This document shows positions 1 through 8,384 of a DNA stretch of 64,000 nucleotides, piece after piece. The stretch comes from a virus, in IMG/VR virus record IMGVR_UViG_3300025154_000064, positions 1-64,000 of that record, one strand, 5' to 3'. Within the stretch, counting starts at the first letter, position 1, and each line of letters opens with the position of its first letter. The notes under the pieces are model-generated. The model was not told where the DNA came from. It ran no database searches and was given only the letters and a program-made list of their open reading frames with translations. A program made the position numbers and the translations under genes.

Positions 1-71
1 TTTTTTTTTTTTTTTTTTTTTATTATTACTATACTAGAAGAAACCATCAAATTTTCTTGCTGCAAAGTTGA

Positions 72-127
72 TCAATCGACACCGGCTTGAATTCAATTCA
101 AGGCTTTTTCCAGCCGGTGTCGATTGA
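72..127 (-). terminator. Long inverted repeat just downstream of the leftward small-gene cluster
   Basis: TCAATCGACACCGGCT ... AGCCGGTGTCGATTGA 16-bp perfect stem just past the stop at 163. Confidence 0.55.
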
Positions 128-162
128 ACAGCAAAAACTAACTTTTCATCAAGCTTTGCCGC

Positions 163-357
163 CTACTTTCTATACACGTTAAGCCCCATAACGGCCGGGG
201 TGTCACCGAGCCGGACATTCCCCTCGGTCGAGGCGATAATGGTGGTCTTTCCGGTTTTCGACCGGCCAAAGTCGGCGGCCAGGTCAATGGTGACGGTCAT
301 AATGTTGCCGTTGATTGCGTATTTCACGCCTTTACCTACTGCTGTTTCCATGTTCAT
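163..357 (-). CDS. Small conserved hypothetical protein
   Basis: AAGGGAGA RBS before ATG at 357; the pattern TIDLxxDFGxSKTGKTTIIASTEGN...GLNVYRK is a recurring small phage/bacterial family. Confidence 0.7.
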   Translation of the reverse strand: MNMETAVGKGVKYAINGNIMTVTIDLAADFGRSKTGKTTIIASTEGNVRLGDTPAVMGLNVYRK

Positions 358-370
358 TCTCCCTTGTTGG

Positions 371-604
371 TTATACCGGTTTGTAGTAAGACGTTCCCTT
401 GCCGGCATTTCGGAACATGATATGTCCTTCCGGCATGGGACACGGCGAGACATTCGCCGTGTAACATGTGTTTCTCCAAATGCCGAGCCGGTGCTGCCAG
501 TCGGCGTCCTTGGTTTCGATGAAAATTTCCCCACGCGGGTTCATGACACGCTTTCCCTGCCATGTGTCCCAGATGTGAAATGTGTCCCATGATTGCTTTT
601 CCAC
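371..604 (-). CDS. Hypothetical protein
   Basis: AGGAGGT RBS before GTG; tiles with neighbouring leftward genes. Confidence 0.55.
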   Translation of the reverse strand: MEKQSWDTFHIWDTWQGKRVMNPRGEIFIETKDADWQHRLGIWRNTCYTANVSPCPMPEGHIMFRNAGKGTSYYKPV

Positions 605-680
605 GGTTCACCTCCTATGGTTACTTTCTATGGTGCCAGTAAGCCGGTCAAGGGTTTGGCCGGCTTGCTTGAATCATAGA

Positions 681-815
681 CTATTTCCTTCCAGGAATTG
701 GTCGCGGCTTTACCAGCCGCAATTTCCCCTCAACCCGATGCAGGGAATTTTTCCGGGAAAGGATTGTTGAATACAGGTCCAGCTGCCAGCCTTCATTCTT
801 TGACTTTTCGCTCAT
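681..815 (-). CDS. Small basic hypothetical protein
   Basis: AAAGGA RBS before ATG (MSEKSKNE...). Confidence 0.4.
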   Translation of the reverse strand: MSEKSKNEGWQLDLYSTILSRKNSLHRVEGKLRLVKPRPIPGRK

Positions 816-1079
816 GACTTTTCCTTTCGTGGTTTTCGAAGAAAATGATCCGGCCACGACAGCCGGTATCACCCTTGGGTAATTCTGTCCGGGCTCAATA
901 CCCAGCCTTGAGCCTTGCCTTGTGGAGTCGATACGGAAACGGCGGGTTTTTCTTCATATTTCCATCAAAACGCATAGCCGGGGCCGGAAGAAAGAGGATG
1001 AAATTCCGGGTAGTTTTCCAGCTGTGCGCTTTGGTGGGAATATGAGCCGGGAGGGGGTTTCCTCCCGGGTAATGGTGGG

Positions 1080-1436
1080 TTATTTCCTCAAAAATCTGGT
1101 CACGGCCACGATCTGGCCTTTTTCGTTTCGTATCGCACTTTTCCCTGTATCGGGTGCGATCACGTCCTGCCGGTTGGTCGCGGCGAAAACCATGCCGCTC
1201 ACCAGGACCAGCACGCCATTTTCCTCATCCGGCAGGCCGGTGACTTCGCCGGTTTCCACTTTTGCGGTTTCCACGTAAAAGGCGCCGATACTTTCCGGCT
1301 TCTGGATATAGACCTGTCCGGCCGGAATTTCCTCCACGGAAACCCGCGGGATGGTTCCAGATGGCGCGAAAGAAAGGTCGTTGCCGTCGCCCATGCGATA
1401 AACTATCGGATGGGGCGTGCAGTTTAAAATTTCCAT
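1080..1436 (-). CDS. Conserved phage hypothetical protein
   Basis: AAGGAG RBS; the NCTPHPI...PSG..PRV...GLP...PDTG..AIR pattern is common in phages. Confidence 0.75.
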   Translation of the reverse strand: MEILNCTPHPIVYRMGDGNDLSFAPSGTIPRVSVEEIPAGQVYIQKPESIGAFYVETAKVETGEVTGLPDEENGVLVLVSGMVFAATNRQDVIAPDTGKSAIRNEKGQIVAVTRFLRK

Positions 1437-1503
1437 AACACTTCTCCTTTGAGTTAAACGGTTACCAACAGGCAAGACTTTTCCTGCCAATTGGTAGCAA
1501 TTT

Positions 1504-1540
1504 AACAAAAGTGGCCGCCGGACAACTACACAGCGGCCAC
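1504..1540 (-). terminator. Rho-independent terminator ending the leftward structured transcript
   Basis: GTGGCCGC/GCGGCCAC stem followed on the minus strand by TTTTGTT. Confidence 0.7.
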
Positions 1541-2360
1541 TCTAAATTTTCCAGTAGGATATTTTCCATCGATATTTTCCAAACGGAAACGTTATATGTA
1601 GGGCCAACATTTCAGGTTTAATGCCGTTCAGCGAAGTCCTTTAGCGCACGCGCCACCTTCACCTCACACCCGCCACTTAACAACCAGTACCGCGCAAACA
1701 CGCAACAGTACGGGCAGTCGGCCTTGATTCGGTTGGCCGGCAACAGCGCCGTCACCACCCCGACAAGCTTCAACCTATATCTGGCCCAAACGTCACCGTT
1801 CAGTATGTATCGGGAAAATACCCAATGCGAGTTATGCACGTCGCAGTGCCTCTCATGCCTTGGCAGACTATCGGCTTACGAGTTGCCGGTGGGACTCAAG
1901 GGCGTTGCCGCCTTCCCCACCTGTCAAGCACACTGATGTCGCTCACCGTGTCAAGCGCTTGTTGTCTTTTACGATGCACTTGCAAGGCAAGAAATCATCA
2001 ACCGCTAAGTGCCAATCTTGCATGGCAGGGCCTATGGCAGTCGGATACCATAAGCTTTTGTGGACTTGATTGTTGCCGTCATCGCCTTTCGGCTCTGGGA
2101 TTTGATGCCAGAAGTACGCAGCAGCACGGTCATGGCATCAGTGGCCATGCTGCCGGTGGGTGTGACTAACCAGTGGTTACCGGGCACCATATTGCGGCGG
2201 GTTAGGCCATAGTGCTGCCGGACCAGTTCGGCCAGTCGTCTTTGGTGTCGCGTATCGACCGGTGGAGTCGCCGCAAAGGGCGAGCAGGTCGGGCGATACG
2301 TAACATGTTACAGGATAATATGTAACCGAAAACGGTAACATGCTATCCTTTAGCATGTTA
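1541..2360 (-). ncRNA. Candidate large structured non-coding RNA
   Basis: No RBS-supported long ORF; dense nested hairpins, GNRA tetraloops and G-U pairs that work on the minus strand; bounded by promoter-like repeats and a terminator. Confidence 0.55.
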
Positions 2361-2498
2361 TTTAGATACCGGCGGCGACCAATAGCCCAAAACCGGTATT
2401 GATACCGGTGTTGTCTCAAACGGTAGGTAAGGGCGGTTGAACAGCACGATTGAGCGAGTCCTGCAAATCCGGCAAAGCATTCGGGCTAATAACATCAT
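2358..2498 (-). CDS. Possible 46-aa leader peptide
   Basis: AAGGAG RBS upstream of ATGATG (MMLLARMLCRICR...); no recognised homology. Confidence 0.3.
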   Translation of the reverse strand: MMLLARMLCRICRTRSIVLFNRPYLPFETTPVSIPVLGYWSPPVSK

Positions 2499-2536
2499 TT
2501 TTTTTTGAACTCCTTTTTGGTTTGTCGTTTTTGTTG

Positions 2537-2669
2537 GCTTACACTCTATAGGGACGTTAAAAGCAGGTTTTTGTGGCATCGTAAAAACTTTTTTTTATTA
2601 GTTGTACCTAACAGCAAAAAACCGCTGCTTACACTATATAGGGACGCTAAAAAGGTCTTTTTGTGGCAT
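2537..2669 (-). promoter_or_regulatory. Two 43-bp direct repeats, tandem alternative-sigma-like promoters
   Basis: 2537-2579 and 2627-2669 are 36/43 identical with mismatches clustered in the spacer; minus strand reads ATGCCACAAAAA-N5-TTTTARCGTCCCTATA. Confidence 0.6.
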
Positions 2670-2741
2670 TTTTTTAAAAATATTTTATCGAATTTAAATA
2701 ATATGTTATAGCATATTTGTTAAAAATACGGATAAAACGTG

Positions 2742-2771
2742 TTGACTATGATTCAATTTTATATATAAGGT
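2742..2771 (+). promoter_or_regulatory. Sigma70-like promoter of the sigma gene with an overlapping operator-like site
   Basis: TTGACT-18 nt-TAAGGT; GATTCA ATTT TATATA at 2750-2765. Confidence 0.5.
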
Positions 2772-2825
2772 AGCTCATACGGTATGTATTTTTTAACTAA
2801 CTCATTATTTGAAAGGGGATTAAAA

Positions 2826-3629
2826 ATGAAAAAAAGAATCAGTGAAGTATTAGCAATTTACAACGCACGCATGCAGCGGGCACGTCTATCGGACAATGAG
2901 AACATAGAGGCATACATGGATGCCATGAGTGAGGCATGGGTTCAGGTAGTTGAAACAAACTGCGATGTGCTTGACGCAATCCGGGAAAAGTTTGGTCTGG
3001 AAGATGATAAGTCGGCTTTTAGCCGATTTGTAAAGAGAATCACGAATAGCAAGAAAAAGCAGGAAACACGGTTAGCAAAACATGAGTGCCTTTCGATTGA
3101 TAGCACTTTTAGGAATACTAAAGGTGAAAGCTACACTATCGAAGGTGCCGACTATCGGCAAGAAAGAAATACCCACCATAATGAAGTGATAGAACATATT
3201 GAATCACTCTTGAAAGAATCTGACAAGCCGATTTTTGAAATGTATCACATCAAAGAATTAACACGATCTCAAATAGCAGGTATCACAGGCAAAGATAGAG
3301 AAACGATAACACGACGGTTAGCAGTGATAGCCACAAAAATCAATGGTTCGGGATTGCGTGACATTCTTGATAGCAAGTTGAGTGAGAATATCGGCGAGAT
3401 TACCGGCGCCAAACACCATACCGAACAAACCTACGATATGGACCCAAGCGAGTGCAAACGGATTGACGTTGCGGACCACAAGTCGGCGACGTTCAATCCA
3501 CCGAACGATGTATCCTATGCAAGCAAGCTAAGCATTACAGTACCCACTAAAAAACGTGATGTTGACGGTGTCAGTGTTTTAGGCGCTATCAGGTGCGCTG
3601 ATAACGGGTATCGCCGTATGGTTGAGTAA
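2826..3629 (+). CDS. ECF-like RNA polymerase sigma factor with a C-terminal extension
   Basis: Region-2-like DAMSEAWV helix; region-4 HTH LKESDKPIFEMYHIKELTRSQIAGITGKDRETITRRL; AAGGGG RBS. Confidence 0.7.
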   Translation: MKKRISEVLAIYNARMQRARLSDNENIEAYMDAMSEAWVQVVETNCDVLDAIREKFGLEDDKSAFSRFVKRITNSKKKQETRLAKHECLSIDSTFRNTKGESYTIEGADYRQERNTHHNEVIEHIESLLKESDKPIFEMYHIKELTRSQIAGITGKDRETITRRLAVIATKINGSGLRDILDSKLSENIGEITGAKHHTEQTYDMDPSECKRIDVADHKSATFNPPNDVSYASKLSITVPTKKRDVDGVSVLGAIRCADNGYRRMVE

Positions 3630-3649
3630 CTATCACTAACCAACCATTA

Positions 3650-3689
3650 AAAGCCCCTATGCCGTATGGTGTAGGGGCTTTTTTTGTTT
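3650..3689 (+). terminator. Rho-independent terminator
   Basis: AAAGCCCCTATGCC gtat GGTGTAGGGGCTTT followed by a T tract. Confidence 0.85.
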
Positions 3690-3942
3690 GTGCTATCTGA
3701 TTTAAGAACGATAATTCGGGTAATTATTCCCCACCAATAAAGCAAGCGGGGAATAATTACCCACATGTTGCAGTGTTGCAACACAGTCGCAAAAATGCGA
3801 CTATCCTTTAAGGATATATGTCCAAAAAGGATACACCACTTGACTCTGCGCGTGCCTATCGCGTGCTATCGTATATGATAGTTTACTGAGAGTCAAACAG
3901 GCTAACCGACAAACTAACCGACAAGGAGGAAACAAACAAGCC

Positions 3943-3968
3943 GAACGAACGAACGAACGAACGAACGA
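3943..3968. repeat. (GAAC)n tetranucleotide microsatellite in a palindrome-rich intergenic region
   Basis: GAACGAACGAACGAACGAACGAACGA read directly. Confidence 0.9.
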
Positions 3969-4185
3969 GACAAGCCAAGCCGACACGATACCGGATTATA
4001 CGCTATAATCCGGTATCGGCGAGCGTTTGAACCAGCTATAAGCCTGCTATCAGCCTGCTATCAAGTATCCCCCCCCCTCACTTTATCTTGACACCCACCC
4101 ACCCGCTTTATGGGGAACGGGTGGTAGCCGCATTTTTTTTTCAGGTTTTTCGGAATAAAGCTTTTTTTAAAATTATTCGAAAAAA

Positions 4186-4228
4186 AAGATAAAATTATCT
4201 TGCGCTATCTATAAAAATGAATTATGTC
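4186..4228 (+). promoter_or_regulatory. Promoter of the morphogenesis arm with tandem 16-bp operators
   Basis: AAGATA AAAT TATCTT (4186) overlapping TTGCGC; TCTATA AAAA TGAATT (4208). Confidence 0.55.
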
Positions 4229-4265
4229 GAACAAAAGTGTCTTTTTCTTATTCGGAGTGCCGGCC

Positions 4266-4439
4266 ATGGACTGGTTCAACCTTGAAACGTTCACCATAAT
4301 CGCCTCATTGATATCGGCCATAGGCGCCGTGACACTTCCGGTCCTGATCCGCCTTTACCCTGGCGCCAGATGGCTGAAGGCGATTTATGCCATAGGCCGG
4401 GTTATCCTGCCCATTTTAACGAGGAAGAAACCTAAATGA
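4266..4439 (+). CDS. Small membrane protein, holin candidate
   Basis: GGAG RBS; hydrophobic helix, amphipathic segment and basic C-terminus RKKPK. Confidence 0.5.
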   Translation: MDWFNLETFTIIASLISAIGAVTLPVLIRLYPGARWLKAIYAIGRVILPILTRKKPK

Positions 4440-4750
4440 CTGGCCCGACATTCAAACTGGTTTTTGATGCTCCTGTCAAGGCAAAGCGTCCTCGTAAGAA
4501 CCGAAACTGTTCTGGGCTCGAGAAGGACCACATTATCGTTAGGGCCTTCAAGGTTTATTATCTATTCAGAGAATGTGGTTATGTGACTACGCGGGATTTA
4601 ATGAAACACACCGGGGTTAACATGGTCACTGCGCAGCAATATTTAACAGCGCTTTTAAAGGCCGGTTTTACACGTAAGCTCGCAGGCCGGCGCCGTGGGC
4701 GAGACCTTGAAAAATACGTTCTTGTGAGGAAGCCTATCGATGATCTGTGA
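4436..4750 (+). CDS. Winged-HTH DNA-binding protein
   Basis: VTTRDLMKHTGVNMVTAQQYLTALLKAGF HTH pattern. Confidence 0.65.
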   Translation: MTGPTFKLVFDAPVKAKRPRKNRNCSGLEKDHIIVRAFKVYYLFRECGYVTTRDLMKHTGVNMVTAQQYLTALLKAGFTRKLAGRRRGRDLEKYVLVRKPIDDL

Positions 4751-5006
4751 AGAGAAAGAGATCGCCGGCACACTGTACCGGTACCATCCTGACGAAGATA
4801 GCCCGATGTTTACCGCGAGTTGGATAGTCACGCTGGACGGCGAGATCAAAGCGTTTATGTGCATCAAGCCGGACAGGGCTTTTGCATTTGCCTTTGGTAG
4901 CTGGGTAAATAGTTACCCGGGAAAGCTGAAGCTGACCACGGCGACAAAGTCGGTAAAGAAAGTCATGAAACAATTTGGGTTTGTGGAGATGGAAAGGTGC
5001 CGTTAA
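4740..5006 (+). CDS. Hypothetical protein, paralog of 6336..6596
   Basis: Shares GTLxRYHP, SWI, EIKxFM and FGFVE with 6336..6596. Confidence 0.7.
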   Translation: MICEEKEIAGTLYRYHPDEDSPMFTASWIVTLDGEIKAFMCIKPDRAFAFAFGSWVNSYPGKLKLTTATKSVKKVMKQFGFVEMERCR

Positions 5007-5560
5007 ACAGGCAATTTGTTGGTGAGTTCCAGATATCAAAGGGTAACGTGGAAAACGTTACTGTTAATCTATGGGACGCTGTAAGAAAGTGCAAGGGGTC
5101 GAGTTGTGTTCTTGCTGATAGATGTGCTTACGCTGATTCAAAAAAAGATCCTGTAGAGGTTGAGCATTTACCATGCAGGGTTGAGCGAAGATATCTTGTT
5201 CTTGCTCTTGAACCGTATATAGAATTGGTAAAAGTTGTTAATGATCAGAGTCTTATGAACTTCATCGGACTGCACCTGGTGCCGTTATATCTGGATCTGT
5301 GCCAGCTTAAGATGGAGAAGATGAAGATAAAGAGCATAACCTATATAGACAAGAAGGGCGAAAAGAAAATTGATCCGCTTTTTGATGAGGTACGGAAGAC
5401 GCATAGGGAGATAATGTCCCTGTGCAAAGCTTTTGGACTTAATGACTTAGCGAAAAAAGCCGGCTTCTTGAGACTGGGGGGCCGTGGTTCGGTCATTGAC
5501 CCAGAGCTTCAGATGGACGGTGATGGTGACGCTTACGAAGAGATGGCTAAGGGGGGATAA
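4997..5560 (+). CDS. Probable terminase small subunit (P27-like) with a Cys-rich N-terminus
   Basis: KGEKKIDPLF...IMSLCKAFGL resembles the P27 TerS NP...LGL motif; lies upstream of TerL. Confidence 0.55.
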   Translation: MPLNRQFVGEFQISKGNVENVTVNLWDAVRKCKGSSCVLADRCAYADSKKDPVEVEHLPCRVERRYLVLALEPYIELVKVVNDQSLMNFIGLHLVPLYLDLCQLKMEKMKIKSITYIDKKGEKKIDPLFDEVRKTHREIMSLCKAFGLNDLAKKAGFLRLGGRGSVIDPELQMDGDGDAYEEMAKGG

Positions 5561-5997
5561 TGGCTACTTGGTTGAATGGGAATGCTGGTGTGTATCGGGT
5601 AGAGAATTTGGATGGTAACGTGGTTGACGTGCTGCCCGGGGGCACGGTTGAGTCGACGAGCGATTTGTCTGGGGATGGTTTCACGAATTCTGATAGCGGT
5701 GTTGTTTATTCCGGCAGTGCTGTGAATGTATCCGGTTTGGCTGCTGACTGGGTTTTCCCAAGGGTTGGAAATTATTTTGATAGCCTGCAGTTTAACCCTG
5801 GCGCAATATCTGACAGATTGATTGTGCGGGATGGTTCTGCAACGGGTGATATTATTTTTGACTCGAAGGCATCGCTTGATGGTACGCCAATGGCAAGAGC
5901 CTTTGGCGGACAATTTTTTAAACCCTATATTAAACTTTCTGAGTGTGTCCTTTCTGCTGGTTACCTGGTAATTTTTATTATCGATAGGAGTAAATAA
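5560..5997 (+). CDS. Hypothetical beta-rich, probably virion protein
   Basis: Coupled to the upstream gene; G/S/V/D-rich. Confidence 0.55.
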   Translation: MATWLNGNAGVYRVENLDGNVVDVLPGGTVESTSDLSGDGFTNSDSGVVYSGSAVNVSGLAADWVFPRVGNYFDSLQFNPGAISDRLIVRDGSATGDIIFDSKASLDGTPMARAFGGQFFKPYIKLSECVLSAGYLVIFIIDRSK

Positions 5998-6000
5998 TAA

Positions 6001-6210
6001 TTGCGAGAGTGCAAAGGCCCCGAGAATTGTGAACGATGCCCGATACCAGGGGCCTATTGTAAGGTAACAATACAGGCAAACAGATATGTCGAGGAGAGGC
6101 GTTGCAGCTACGAGTGGGCCCTGGAGCAAGTAAAGAGACGGTGCGCGGAGGATCAGTGGGAGAAAACACAGACACTGCGCGGTTCATTGAAGAGTCGAGA
6201 AAGCGGTTGA
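6001..6210 (+). CDS. Small Cys-rich hypothetical protein
   Basis: AGGAG RBS before TTG; CxxxxxCxxC...C. Confidence 0.4.
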   Translation: MRECKGPENCERCPIPGAYCKVTIQANRYVEERRCSYEWALEQVKRRCAEDQWEKTQTLRGSLKSRESG

Positions 6211-6335
6211 ACCAGGCGATGGAGCGGATAAAAGAGATCAACCGGGCCCATGAAGAAGCTGGAAAGTCAAAATTAAAGTTTCGACGTGGCGCTAACTGCC
6301 TTGCGAGAGGGAATTAAAAATGAGGATGCCCTTCG

Positions 6336-6596
6336 ATGATAGTTGAGGAGAAAATCACTGGAACTCTTTGCAGGTATCATCCCGGTTCTAAAGATCCAAA
6401 ATATACAGTATCGTGGATTCTGACGGATGATAATGAGATCAAGGGATTCATGATGTCAGAAATTGCGAGAGGCTTTGGTGTTGAGTTTGCCGCTTGGGTT
6501 CAGCAACAAAGGAAGCCCCTGCGAGTCATGACGGCAGTAAGAAGCGTTGCAACAATGGCAAAAAGATTCGGGTTTGTTGAATTGGAGAAGAAATGA
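6336..6596 (+). CDS. Hypothetical protein, paralog of 4740..5006
   Basis: Shared motifs with 4740..5006; GAGGA RBS. Confidence 0.7.
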   Translation: MIVEEKITGTLCRYHPGSKDPKYTVSWILTDDNEIKGFMMSEIARGFGVEFAAWVQQQRKPLRVMTAVRSVATMAKRFGFVELEKK

Positions 6597-6922
6597 AAAA
6601 ATTAATTATGGCTTGTTTGATGCTGGCCTTGGCTGTTTCGGTTGAGGCTTCACCGTGGCTGGTGTGTGATCCGCAAGAAGGCATCACCGGATATTCGGTT
6701 AGCATGGACGGCGGCGAGTGGATGGATCGGCCCTATGAACTCTACGATGCTACTTGCGCGAAGGTCATGGATCTTGATGGATTAGCAGTGGGCCAGCATT
6801 CGGTTAAAGTCAAAGCCTACGCCATTGATCCTGTTTGGGGGAGACAAGAATCAGAAGCTGCCCCTTTCGATTTCGCAAGACCGGGAGTTCAGCAAATTAT
6901 AAATATGGGGTTAAAGAAATAA
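6593..6922 (+). CDS. Exported Ig/FN3-like protein
   Basis: Signal peptide MKKLIMACLMLALAVSVEA; GYSV...GQHSVKVKAY...ESE FN3-like pattern. Confidence 0.6.
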   Translation: MKKLIMACLMLALAVSVEASPWLVCDPQEGITGYSVSMDGGEWMDRPYELYDATCAKVMDLDGLAVGQHSVKVKAYAIDPVWGRQESEAAPFDFARPGVQQIINMGLKK

Positions 6923-6940
6923 TTCAGTGGAGCAAATAAT

Positions 6941-8305
6941 ATGGTCGAAATGGGGTTGGATTTAGGGCTTGGCCTTGGTGGAGGTGGTGGAGTTTTCTCT
7001 GCTGAATATGGCGTCGCATGGAACCAGACAACGGATGCTTACACTCGGCTTGGGTACGCCCCGTTTGTTGCAACGGCATTGGGTGTCAAGCCCACTGATT
7101 ATCTATTCCCGTTTTCCACGCGCCGATGTGTGGTCTCGGATGCTGGAGTGGTCCAATACTACTTATCTCCAACGGATAGCACGAAAAAAGCTGATGGCAG
7201 TTCTGCGGGTTTGACTGGCACAGACGGTCAAGTTATGGTGGAGATATCTGCCAAATATATTAAATATTCTTGGGTAGATCCGGTTCACTCCTGGTGGATA
7301 TCAAACGTTGCTTTACCTGGATATACGCTCCACCCTGCGTTTTCTTCGGCATCTGGTAAAGTCTATGTCGGAGCATATGAGGGCTATATCACAGGCGGGA
7401 AGCTCACCTCGATATCCGGTGTGCTGCCAACCGTGAGCCAAACCAGGGCGCAGTTCAGGGCAGCGGCGGCGGCACGGGGCGCGGGATGGCATCAGCAATC
7501 TTTCTGGATCGCGGATCTGCTGCAACGACTATATGTCATTGAATATGCCGATCTTGATTCTCAGGCCATGTTAGGTAGGGGGATTGATCAATATTCGATT
7601 TGGCCTGGAACGCCGCAAGCTCTGACAGGCAATACAAATGCAATCGGTAACGCATCGGGTAGCAACTCGGCAGCTGTACTGGTTTGGGCCGCTGCAACCG
7701 CAAAAACCAGCGGCCAGCTTGTAACACCGACAGTGGCAAACAATTATACGTACCGCTGCACCACTGGAGGCACCACGGGGGGCAGCCAGCCGACATGGCC
7801 CACCACGATCGGCGCTACTGTTGCAGATGGCAGCGTGGTATGGACCTGTGTACGGATAGGGCAATATGTGAGCTATCGGGGCGTGGAAAATCTATTCGGC
7901 CATATCTGGAGATTCGTTGATGGTATCAATATCCACAATTCAGCAGCTAACCGTTCACGCGCCTACGTTTGTGCTGATCCAGCCAGTTTTGCGGACGATA
8001 CTGAAACAAATTATTCGCTGGCCGGCATTCTGGCAGAGATGGATGGATATGCGCGGAATCTGGCGGCAACAGCTCTTGGTTTGTTTCTGCCAGGTGGCAC
8101 ATCTGGCGGCAGCTCTGCCACAGGGCTCGCGGACTATTATTACACCTATTTCGATAATGGCAATGACAGCGGGTGGCGGGTCTGTCGGCTTGGCGGGTAT
8201 GCGTCTAACGGTCTCGGTGCGGGCGCGTTCGTTTGGGATTCGTATAGCGGCTCTTCGGCTGCGAGTTCGGATATCGGCGGGCGGCTCTGCTTTACAAAAA
8301 CGTAA
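6941..8305 (+). CDS. Receptor-binding/fibre protein with a C-type-lectin (Mtd-like) C-terminus and CBM-like insert; DGR-target-like
   Basis: HPAF...YVGAYEG, YRGVENLFGHIWRFVDG and GG..xNG..AG.F......S......IGGRLCF motifs; the last 40 codons are adenine-depleted. Confidence 0.75.
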   Translation: MVEMGLDLGLGLGGGGGVFSAEYGVAWNQTTDAYTRLGYAPFVATALGVKPTDYLFPFSTRRCVVSDAGVVQYYLSPTDSTKKADGSSAGLTGTDGQVMVEISAKYIKYSWVDPVHSWWISNVALPGYTLHPAFSSASGKVYVGAYEGYITGGKLTSISGVLPTVSQTRAQFRAAAAARGAGWHQQSFWIADLLQRLYVIEYADLDSQAMLGRGIDQYSIWPGTPQALTGNTNAIGNASGSNSAAVLVWAAATAKTSGQLVTPTVANNYTYRCTTGGTTGGSQPTWPTTIGATVADGSVVWTCVRIGQYVSYRGVENLFGHIWRFVDGINIHNSAANRSRAYVCADPASFADDTETNYSLAGILAEMDGYARNLAATALGLFLPGGTSGGSSATGLADYYYTYFDNGNDSGWRVCRLGGYASNGLGAGAFVWDSYSGSSAASSDIGGRLCFTKT

Positions 8306-8384
8306 TGCGCAACACGCGCGCTAACAAAAGCGGTTCAGAGAACAGGTGAAAATAGACCGTTATTATACATTGGCATAAGGAGTA

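Noticed and set aside
1-21. Poly-T run at the window start
   Set aside because: Most likely a contig-edge or sequencing artefact; no biological claim is possible
1541-2360. Group I/II intron, tmRNA or RNase P identity for the structured region
   Set aside because: No domain V, convincing P7 core, tRNA-like ends or GAGGAAAGUCC motif seen, and no interrupted host gene
1618-2419. Short ORFs on both strands in the ORF track
   Set aside because: No RBS, mutually overlapping and atypical composition; treated as chance ORFs
2537-3968. CRISPR array from the 43-bp repeats or the GAAC repeats
   Set aside because: Only two imperfect copies of the 43-mer; the microsatellite has no spacers
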